Positions 24,749-34,573 of a stretch of 62,941 nucleotides of DNA are shown one piece after another. The position numbers were made by a program, and so were the translations under genes. The notes under the pieces were generated by a model. That model saw only the letters and a list, made by a program, of their open reading frames with translations, was not told the origin of the DNA and made no database searches. This DNA comes from Selaginella moellendorffii (taxonomy: Eukaryota > Plantae > Lycopodiophyta). How positions within the stretch are numbered: the first letter of the stretch is position 1; the number at the start of each line of letters is the position of its first letter. The DNA is taken from assembly GCF_000143415.4 (NCBI RefSeq), contig NW_003314315.1, positions 755,974 through 818,914 on the forward strand, read 5' to 3'.

Positions 24749-26492
24749 TCTAAGCTCCGTCGAGCTCCAGCTTAACCTCCGAGGTGGAAGGCTAGTTCAA
24801 GCAGAAGTTATACTTTAACTCGAGGCATGGAGACTGTTTACCTTGGCATCTGAGTCGTGTACACGAGCAGCCAAATGCGAACCTCCAGAATTGGCCGAGT
24901 GATTTGCCTCAACCACGGGCTTCTCCAGATTCTCCACCTCACGGATCCTAAAAGTGCTCCATTAGTCACTTGTTCTATCTCTCAAGCATGCGGGCCGAAC
25001 AACGAAAGCATCTCCAGGATCAAACACAGTGCCACGACGAGACACTGGATCCAAGCCTGTTCCTGGGCTCTTCGATCATTGCCGCTCCGACGAGCAGCAC
25101 TCGACAAGCATCTCCAGGATCAAACACAGTGCCACGACGAGACACTGGATCCAAAGCCTGTTCCTGGGCTCTTCGATCATTGCCGCTCCGACGAGCAGCA
25201 CTCGACAAGAATGGATCCTCCGGGAGAGAAGCTCTTGGCACCTTCTTGTGCTCGTCGACTCCGTGGATCGCTGCTGGTGGATCTCGTCCCAATGGCGGCG
25301 TCAGGCGGTCGTCACTCCACTTGCGAGGCCTCCAAGGCGACTGCCAGCTTTGGCTTTTCTCAAGACGAATCCAATCTATGGTGCTGCTACAGATTCGGTT
25401 GACTGGCCACCTTTGTGCTGGCATTTAGCTGCGACGGTCGAAGGTGCTGCTTGCTCCTCTCTTGAACGAAGGAATCGAGCTTGTCCCAGAGCTCTGCGTC
25501 CTCAATCTTGCTCAAGGGAACGAGATACTCTCGCTGACTGCCGCTGCTGCTGCTGCCACCGCCAGGAAGATGGCTGCTTCCGACGTAGCACACCAGGATG
25601 TCGTTCGCCTTCTTTCTTCTTCCCTTCACGAGTATCCAGATGCCGGTGATGATGGCCACCATAGCAAGCAGGAAAAGGACGATGCCTGCCACAAGCAGCC
25701 CCGGTGTCGCAAACGCTGCCGCTGCTGCTGCTGCTGTTGATGATGACGACCCCAGAGGCGGAGCAATAGACAAGGGGCCAGGCGGAGGCGGCGATGAAAA
25801 CGTGTGAAAGACAGGCGACCCTGGTTGCCATGTTATCGTGTCATGAGCGGGCCTTGGCCACCAAGTGGTTGTCCCAGAAGAAGGTGGCGGCCCTGTATGC
25901 TCCTTTGCTGGTGGAGGTGGGTGCTGCTTTGCTCCTCCTCCGTGGCTGTGCTGCTTTTCTGCTCGCTTGCTGGTGGCGGTGGCGGACTGTGCTGGTGCTG
26001 CTTTGCTGCTCCATGGCTTGTTGGTGGCGGACTGTGCTGGCGCTGCTTTGCTGCTCCGTGGCTTGCTGGTGGAGGTGGCGGACTGTGCTGGTGCTTCTTT
26101 GCTGCTCCGTGGCTTGTTGGTGGCGGACTGTGCTGGTGCTTCTTTGCTGCTCCATGGCTTGTTGGTGGAGGTGGTGGTGCTCCATGGCTGTCCTGCTTTG
26201 GAGGTGGTGCTCCTCCATGGCTGTGCTACTTTGCTGCTCCATGGTGTTGCTTTGCTGGTGCTGGTGGAGGTGCCTGACTGTCGGCGCTGCTGTGAGGTGG
26301 CGGAGCTCCTCTCGCCCTCCTTGGCGATGGTTTGGGGGGCGGCATGCTACCTGGAGGTGGCACTCTCGTTTTGGGGGGTGTCGCGCTCCTGTGCCCTGGA
26401 CGAGGCGGATGCACGCTCCTGTGCGCAGCTGGAGGCGGCGCCCGACGAGGTGGAGACGACGGCGGCACACTCCGACGGATGATGCTAGCCAT
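24749..26492 (-). pseudogene. His/Pro-rich membrane protein copy C, disrupted
   Basis: Premature TAG at 26226-26228, deletion of the exon-1 3' end and donor at ~24990, a ~100-bp tandem duplication (~25007-25207) and a ~90-bp inversion (~25314-25400). Confidence 0.85.
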
Positions 26493-26872
26493 ATTTCTTG
26501 CTTACCGGATTCGCTTCCGAGAAACCTTTTTTTTAGGTCATGAAGGTTTAGTGCATATAAATGATTCTCGTACGGACGCATTATCTGCAGCGCTTTAAAG
26601 TTATGATGTCCAGTTTTTGCGATCATGATGGAAGCAATATCAGTGTTCGGAATCTCTTTCTTTCATTAGCACATAATGCTCATTTGGTTCTTCCCCCAAA
26701 AAAACCGGAGCTCGTTGATAAACTCTCAGGCTCAATTCTAGGAGGAAGAGCAAAGATGAGAATGGTCGTTCACCACGATGCAATGCTCCGTGTGTAAGAA
26801 TTTGATCAAAATCTCCACTCTGGAAGCTCATGTTCTTTGAAAATTCTTTTCATTGCGTTTTAGGCCTCAAGA

Positions 26873-27077
26873 GAACTGCTGGCCCTTTCGATCCAGCATC
26901 ATCGGGGGAGCCGATGAGGCAGTTGGCTCCATCATCGGCCGCAGCGCCACGCTTGTCTCGCCCAGCGTCCGCTACAAGGCGAGGATGCAGCACGACTGTA
27001 ACTTTGTGCTCTAGGACACTTACCGCGACACGAACAAGGTGGTGTGGGCACACTGGATGCTCCCATGCCCTGTCTAA
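26873..27077 (+). pseudogene. Bulb-type (GNA-related) mannose-binding lectin fragment
   Basis: Manual translation LVSPSVRYKARMQHDCNFVL*DTYRDTNKVVWA contains the QxDxNxVxY site, with Y replaced by TAG at 27012-27014. Confidence 0.7.
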
Positions 27078-27377
27078 ACATTTTGCCCCATTTTCCACAT
27101 GATTGAGATTCCAAATCTGATATTTACCTGGATGGTCACGCCTAGCTCAACTTCTTTTTGCACTGGGTATTTACTTGAATGTACGTTGGAGTTATAATTA
27201 TTTACTTATTGTAAAGTCTACAAAATAAATACACTAGTTATGGTATAAGTAGCAAATAGCTGATATTTAGGGTTCTTGGGATTTTATTAGGTTGCCCATA
27301 CCAGGAATATTCGTAAGCTCTTCATTGATTCTTTTTCCCCAGAATATTCTTTGTGCGTTTTGGACATTCCTTGCCTT

Positions 27378-27913
27378 CTAGCGCGCAATCTGGCGCTTGG
27401 CCTGATCAATCTGTCCCAGCGATTCATCCGGGGCGCGCTGCTCGTCACTCCCGAGCTTCTCCTGCGCGGATCGGACGAGCCCCCCAGCCGCCTCGTCGTG
27501 CTCCCGGGCTACCTCGTTTGGCTGCGAGGCATGGTGCTTGCCCGAAAGCCCCTTCTTGGCGCCCTCGAATTCGTCCTTGAGCATAGCCTTGGCGTCGTCC
27601 AGGCCGCTCCGTCCCTCGCCCTCATCGTCACCTGCGCTGCCGGATTTCGCTTTCTCTGCCTGCTCATATTTCTCTTTGAGGGCCTGCTGCGCGGCGTCTA
27701 GGGGCGTTCCAACCTCGGACAGCTCCCTGCATTAAACGAGGGATCAAACAAGAGAAAGAATCACTCTCCCTGATAGATCATCGATCACACAAGAGCTCGA
27801 TAACTCACTCGGAGGAGTTGAGATCTCCAATCCGCTACGTATGCAAAGACGCGATTGTCGTCAAACAACAACACAAAGACAAATCAAAAGGATCTTACCT
27901 CGCCTGACGACAT
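27378..27913 (-). CDS. Small hydrophilic LEA-like protein, 129 aa; exons 27913-27899, 27834-27809, 27726-27378
   Basis: Canonical GT-AG splicing gives MSSGERIGDLNSSEELSEVGTPLDAAQQALKEKYEQAEKAK...QIDQAKRQIAR*. Rich in A/E/K/G, no Cys or Trp. Confidence 0.7.
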
Positions 27914-28006
27914 GATCGCACCGATTGATCCAGAGAAAGAAAGAGCCGCAACGAAAGTTTATGCTGTTCGATCGAACTAGTTGGCTAAGCGACACCTGGT
28001 TTACAC

Positions 28007-28014
28007 CACGTGTC
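28007..28014. promoter_or_regulatory. ABRE/G-box (CACGTGTC) ~95 bp upstream of the LEA-like start codon
   Basis: Exact CACGTGTC in the proximal promoter, consistent with ABA or dehydration induction. Confidence 0.45.
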
Positions 28015-29429
28015 TAGCATAGATGACTTTTATTGACCAAAGACTATTGAGCATGCTAAATTAGCTTATATATACCGAATGTATCTCGCACACCGGACCA
28101 GTGGAGTTTCGATTCGGGGAGAGATCTGGTGCTTCTCTAGCACTGGAGAAGAGAGAGCTTTGGGGGAGCGATGGAGGTGCAAGCAGCTGGCCATAATGTT
28201 GCAATGGTTTTAAAGAGGGTAGGACAATCGCTGGGCATGGACTCGGTTATCTCTTTGCGTAGTGTAAATCTGTGAACACAGTTTGCTTGCTGGTAGGAAT
28301 GGGGGCAGTTTAGCGCTTGGCGACAACTTTCTTGTCTAACAGAATGACCTCCGAGAAGTGCAAAAGACTTTGTACCAGGTCCGATGCCCATGACCTTCAT
28401 AAACAGTTAACTATTTATCTGTTCTGGGATCAAATGGCAGTCCTAACTTAGAACCCCAGGATGCCCACCTAGTACAGTACGGCTATGGTGTTCTATGGTG
28501 GAGCCCGTACCAGGGAACCCGGCATAAGCGAACCTGGCATACCTTTATTGGTTCTAGAAAAATGTTCAAATGCCAGGTAAGCAATAATACCTTGTTTTTC
28601 AAATTAATAGAGTAATACTTAGTTTAGAATATTTGTAACAAATCTGGGTCGATCCAGCCTTTGGCAGCCGTCGGATCAAATCAGGTTCTCAGTGAGAACA
28701 TGGCTCACAACTGCCAGGTTCTCCAGAACCCAGCTGCCAGTTGCCAGTTCTGGAGAGAACCCTCTCATCCTTAAATAGCATTATTCCACGTGTCCATTAG
28801 CAGTAGGCCGTTCCCTAGTCATTCTCAAGAACCCAGCTGCCACCTAGGTTCTGAACAACCCTCTCATCCTCAAATAACGTTATTCATTAAGAGTTTTGCC
28901 ACAGCCTGTTAAGGCCGTGGCTCGCCTATTCTGGACGGGAACTCCTTTTTCATACACAATTATCTAGAACTATACAGCTCATGTCACATATTTTTATTGC
29001 CAGCTATGTAATAATACAAGTTCTTCAGACCCACGTCACATACTTAAATACGTAAGCAATTCAGCCAGATGTTCTATTGGATATTCTGACTGGAAAAAAT
29101 TAAATTATATGTTAAAAGAGCGTAAGCGTGAAAAACGTGTGAGCTAACAAACAAAACAGCCACTGTTGGCATCGACGACTCATTGATGCTACATAAACTG
29201 CGAGCAAGAGAGTTTCTCAAACCAAGTCCTCTCTTTTCTAGCTTGGAGGAGAGTGAGAGTTTACAAAGTCTAGCTAGATACTTGGTCACTCGAGAGCTTG
29301 TTCAGCTAGTTCTTAGAAAAGCAGCCGCTCGCAAGCTTTTTAAGAGTTCTCTGTCTAGATACTTAAAAGCGTAGCTACAGCGAGAGCGAGTGTTGCCTTA
29401 GAATCGATCGAAAGCTTCGCTTACCCCGA

Positions 29430-30686
29430 ATGGCTCTAGCTGCGAAGTGGCGATCCGTCCAAGGTCAGGATCACTGGGAAGGCATGCTGGAGCCTCTGGA
29501 CAAGGACCTGTGCCAGGAGCTCATCCGCTACGCGCAGTTCATCCAAGTGGTCTACGACTCGCTCAACAAGAACCCCGTCTCCAAGGCCAATGGCCTGTCG
29601 CGCTATGCCAAGTCGGAGCTCTTCGACAAGCTTCACGTCAAGGCCAATTACACCATCCGGAACTTCTTCTACTGCACCACCGATCTCGAGACTCTGCTGG
29701 GCAAAGTCGTAGAGACAGTCCTCGACTTCACGGACCCAAACACTTCTTGGTTTGGATACGTTGCCGTGTCGGACGACGAAGAAACTCGGAGGCTCGGCCG
29801 GAGGGACATCGTCGTGGTCTTTCGAGGCACGCAGCAGGACATCGAATGGGCCAGCAACATACTTAACTCGTTCCACGGCCAGATAGGCAAGCCGGAGCCT
29901 AAGTCCGGCCTTCCACCGCTCCAAACTCCGACTTCTACTCCCACAGGGTTCCTGTCCGGCCTCACCAACATTCAGCTTCCCTGGGAGAAGGTCCTTATCG
30001 CGAACCGCTGGCTGGCACCTTACACCGGGAAGAACCCCCAGGAGCCTCTTGGTTTCGGGAAGAAGTCGGCCAGAGAGCAGATCTCCGCGGCTGTGACCTC
30101 GCTCCTCAACGAGTACAAGGCCGAGGAGATGAGCATCACTGTCACCGGACACAGCCTCGGTGCGTCACTGGCGACTGTTTGCGCGTATGATATCGCCAAT
30201 GAGAAGTTGAACGTGAATCCTTCCACGAAGAAAGTCATCCCCGTCACTTGTTTCCCTTTCGCTTCTCCTTACGTTGGCAACGAGGAGTTCAAGACCGCTG
30301 CCGAGAAGATCGAAGGCCTCCGGATCCTGAGAGTGACCAACATCTGGGACCTGGTTCCAAAGGTGCCACCGCTGCTCTGGGGATACAGGCACGTCGGGAT
30401 AGAGCTCACCATCGATACTTCCAAGTCGAGCTATCTCAAGTTTCCGACCACGGACCCTTTCGATCACCACAATCTTCAAGCGCATTGCCATCTCGTCGGT
30501 AACAAAGTGGAGCCGCTCAAGTACCACCACTTAGAGCTTGTGAACAAATCGTCCAACCTCTTGAAGGATTCTATAGTTCCCGGTAACTGGTGGGTGGTGG
30601 AGAACACCGACGTTGTGGTGAACGAGGCTGGGCGATGGGCACTCAAGGAGTACAACATCAGTGCGGACAACAACGAGTATAACTGA
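29430..30686 (+). CDS. Phospholipase A1, DAD1-like lipase class 3 (class II-like, no transit peptide), intronless
   Basis: W..VQG...WEGMLEPLD start, WFGYVAVSDDEE.RRLGRRDIVVVFRGT, ITVTGHSLG nucleophile elbow, DLVPKVP, HNLQAH, VPGNWWV. Confidence 0.95.
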   Translation: MALAAKWRSVQGQDHWEGMLEPLDKDLCQELIRYAQFIQVVYDSLNKNPVSKANGLSRYAKSELFDKLHVKANYTIRNFFYCTTDLETLLGKVVETVLDFTDPNTSWFGYVAVSDDEETRRLGRRDIVVVFRGTQQDIEWASNILNSFHGQIGKPEPKSGLPPLQTPTSTPTGFLSGLTNIQLPWEKVLIANRWLAPYTGKNPQEPLGFGKKSAREQISAAVTSLLNEYKAEEMSITVTGHSLGASLATVCAYDIANEKLNVNPSTKKVIPVTCFPFASPYVGNEEFKTAAEKIEGLRILRVTNIWDLVPKVPPLLWGYRHVGIELTIDTSKSSYLKFPTTDPFDHHNLQAHCHLVGNKVEPLKYHHLELVNKSSNLLKDSIVPGNWWVVENTDVVVNEAGRWALKEYNISADNNEYN

Positions 30687-33404
30687 GAGAAGAAAGTGAG
30701 GTTTTTTCAGTGGTGTGCTCTACAACAATAACTGGAATAATGCTCAGAAATAAAAAATCAGAAGTGTTTGGCTGTTCCTTGCAAAGCCCATGTGAAGGGG
30801 CTTTATAAAAAATGACCATTGCTCACTGTGATGAAAATATCTCCTACGAGTTTGTTGGGAGGTCTTCTTCTTCCTTTTCACGCCTGCACACAATTCTTGC
30901 AGAAATGTATTTTATAAGCGACACACCACTGTCTTGCACAGTTTTTTTTATCTTTGGAACTTTTCATATCATGCTGGCACCAGCATCCTATCCTGAAATA
31001 CTTCCAGATCTTTATGAAGGAGGTGCAAAACAAAAACAAGAAAAACAAAAACAAGGCAAGAGAGCACCACAAACAAAAGAAAAACCAACAAAAAGAAAAT
31101 GTATTCATAGTTTTTGTATGAATTATATTAAAAATAGAAATTTTTAATAAAAAGGATAGTTCGTTGATATTTTTATATAGGGGTTTTTATATAAGTTCCA
31201 CACTCCTTTACTAAACCTCCAACCATTCTCAAGGTTGGATTCTTCTTCTTGGGAGGTGCTTCTCCAAAAGGCAACCATGCAGTGAATCCATTAGGTACAA
31301 GCTCTTGATCTAACCTATTTTCCCCCTCCCATAAGAACATCGTGAAACAGCTCGATGGATGTAACTGTGCTGCTTAGGTTTGCTCTTTCAGTCCCTCTCC
31401 AGCCTGATATGAATCAATAGTCAAGCCTTGAGCATCATGCTCCAGTCAGTCAGCCATCTTCTTCACTCTCAGTGCGTCTCCAAGTATTCCTGGAGTGGGA
31501 GTTCAGATGAGAGCTTTGGTTTCTTCCTCTCTTCGTCCCCAAGATACTTCGACCAAGAGCTCTACTGACCATTGTGGCTTTCAAGCCTCTTGGAAGCCAT
31601 TTACGTTTGAAAGTGTCTATTGCTAGTGAATTAGAGCAGAAAGAGATGATCAGCAAGAATGAAAACTTCTTTTATTCCTGTTATCCATTTTGGCCTTGTA
31701 TGCCTTTTCCACACTTTGCCTCTCTTTCCTTTCTCTTGTTGTTCTCAAGGATCTACTAACATTCTCAAAATGTAAGAGCTTGATAGCTTACTTTAAGTTC
31801 ATTTAGGCACCGAACACCTCAACATAGTTGCATTCCCTCTCACATATTTTCTTGTGGTGCTCCAAATCGTATATCATCGTTGTCAAAACCTGAGAGGAGG
31901 ACAACATACAGTCAACTTTCATACATCACAAGCCAAAACTCTAGAACGTTGGATTTCTGGAGGCTCTCCCAGAAAAAGAGGTTCACACATGAATCCATAA
32001 AGAATTAAAGAACAATGAGAAAATATACATGAAGAAGGATTTATTGTTCTCTCCAGGATCTTATCTCTTGTCTAGCTAGTGCATTATGGCCAGCAGCACA
32101 TCATCAGTTGGGACCATGAACCTATCTCTGGCAACTTCTAAAACACCAGCACAAATAGAAGAAGAAGCTAGTGTAGAAGTAAAGGAAGCAATGGCTAAGT
32201 ACCAACTGTAGAAGAACTCCTCCTTCTCTAGGTTGTTGAAGGTCAAATAACTCATCTTGAATGAGCCAACGTGATCAAACAGTGAGGCTCTCATGGCACT
32301 TGATGCTCAGCTTGCAGCAAGGCAAGCCCTATGCACAAAAGACTCTGCCAAATCTGAGAAGCAATGGTGCTGGGAAAGCGTCATAGCATGAAGCTCCAGT
32401 CTCACAAAGATTTTCTTCTTATGCTATTAAATGAATCATGGATTTTAGTTATTACAAATGAAAGTTTAAGGACCATACCTTTTGTATTAAAGAATAAGGC
32501 CTGTAAATACATATGTGCATGTATTACTCTACCTAAGTAAAATGTTAATTATAATACTATAGCATATGGAATGTCTATTTAAGATTTAATCTATCTAATA
32601 AAGAAAAGTCTAAACCCCAATTAATAACTCACATTGGTATTACAATTGTCTTTGAAGGGCAAAGCTTTTTGGTAGTGCTTTGTTTTAATTTTCAGGATTG
32701 TGCTTTTTGTTATCCTTCATTCTTTATTAGATTTAGATCTATATTAGTTTTTTGCAAGATCTAGAATTCTAGTTATCATTATGCTTAGATTTACTTTTCC
32801 TTCTAATCTTTATTGCATTTTCTTCTTTTGCCATGCCATGCTATTATCGATCAAGGTGTATGTCATTTGAGGTTATTGATGCTACTCTGTTAAATTGAAC
32901 TTTTGGTGTTGTGGAGTGTGATCATATTGCTATTGTGGCCATCCTTGATATGTTGCCATCTCTAACTTCTATGAGATATGATTATACGATTTATCTTGTT
33001 CTCGATGTTCTACTATTTCCCGTTGATGTGGAGTATGATTATGACATTGATTGGCAAGCTATGAATGATGCAATCTGGTTTTTAGAGAATGTTCAAGAAT
33101 CAAATTTATGGGAAAATAATGTGTATAAGCTCAAATGGATTTTAGATTGTGATGACAAGCTGTAAGACACAAATCCCTGAGCTCCAAAAGTGGAGCCAAA
33201 AGGGTGCCACGTGGTAATGGTCGAAATAGAAGGCAAATGTGTGTAACACATATAGACTAAAAGCTCCAACTCAAAAAGTCAAAAGCAGGAGTGGAACTCC
33301 TAACAAAGTGCTCAAGGAACGAGCACAAAGTGAGTAATAAGTGAGTCTCTAAAAAAGGGACACAAAAGGACCAACATATGATATGTGGAAGTGTTTGAGA
33401 AGGA

Positions 33405-33840
33405 GTCTAAAATGGAGTCCAAGAAAGAGTCTGAGATGGAATTTGAGATGGACCCGAGATGGAGTTTGAGATGGAACAGAAATGGAGTTTGAGATGGACC
33501 CGAGATGGAGTTCAAGATGAAGTTCGATATAGATCCAAGATGGACACAAGATGGAGTCCGAGATGGACCCGAGATAGAGTCTGAGATGGAGTTCGAGATG
33601 AACCCAAGATGGAGTCTGAGATGGACCTGAGATGGAGTCAAAGATGGACCTGAGATGGAGTTCGAGATGGACCTGAGATGGAGTCTAAGATGGAATTGAG
33701 ATGGAGTTCGAGATGGACCTGAGATGGAGTCTAATATGGACCCGAGATGGAGTTCGAGATGGAACCGAGACCAAGACCGAGACCGAGATTGAGTTCAAGT
33801 CCAAGTCTGAATTCAAGTCCGAATTCGAGTCTGAGTTTGA
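33405..33840. repeat. Minisatellite of GAGATGGA(CCC/GTTC/GTCT) units inside the solo LTR
   Basis: Dozens of 11-12 bp GAGATGG-based units followed by 6-bp GAGTCC-like units. Confidence 0.85.
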
Positions 33841-34573
33841 ATGTTTTGAATACAATGGTGTTCATCTTGTGTCCAAATTCGAAGTTATGCTTTAAGCTGG
33901 CAAGATTAATGTTAGCCTATCAGTGGTTCTATGAGTTGTTCCATATACCATAGGTGAAAGTAAACCTTCCCTGCTTGGGTGAAAGCCCAAAGCAATCATC
34001 CCCTGGGTGGGGGGGGGGGGGGGACTGCAAAGGGTTCTAAAAGTATAGTAGGGAGAGTGTGGGGGTTGGACCCAGTGGAGCCAATTTAGCTAGGAAAGGC
34101 CAGTATGACCTAGGTGTTGAATGATGTCATAACCATTGGGAAGTCCAAGGCTAGAGTGAATACAGACAAACAAGTGGGGTAGCTTGGTGAAGTGTTTAAG
34201 AGCCAGCTCTAATTCCCCTGGGAGATCGAATGGTCAATGCTCCCAATCCAAATATGGGTGGCATTACCTACTTAGATATCTGGTGTGGCTAAACGGAACC
34301 TCACTTTAGCCCCATGGCTAGAGCACCCAAAAGCAGAAGGTGTGGAAAGTACTCTTGAGGCTCGTGTAAGGCCATGGTGTTCCAAAATGTTATTCTAAAA
34401 TCCCAAACTATGGAAAGGAAAATGAGCAATCCTCTAGTCTAGTGACTAAGGATATGGTCACATGGTGAGAAAGTCCCAGAGGACAATGGGACTTAGTGGT
34501 CAGGTTTATGAGCCTTGACCCAGTGGTAGGGTTGGCAAATATAGCCATGGATAGAAAAGGGATTTGGTGGGGA

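Larger units (their letters stand above)
6700..26868. repeat. Tandem segmental duplication, ~8.2-8.5 kb unit: A ~6700-14940, B ~14940-23440, C (partial) ~23440-26868
   Basis: The same MASIIRRSVPP start recurs at 9805, 18285 and 26492, and the same flanking fragments recur in order. Homology stops after ...TTCATTGCGTTTTAGGC at ~26866. Confidence 0.92.

Noticed and set aside
28137-28400. 87-aa Cys-containing minus-strand ORF
   Set aside because: No signal peptide, motif or splice support.
29436-30673. Antisense ORFs over PLA1, and similar ones over nMAT and COQ4
   Set aside because: Expected by-product of high GC3 codon usage.
31200-32420. Exon-like minus-strand remnants
   Set aside because: Multiple stops and no recognisable family.
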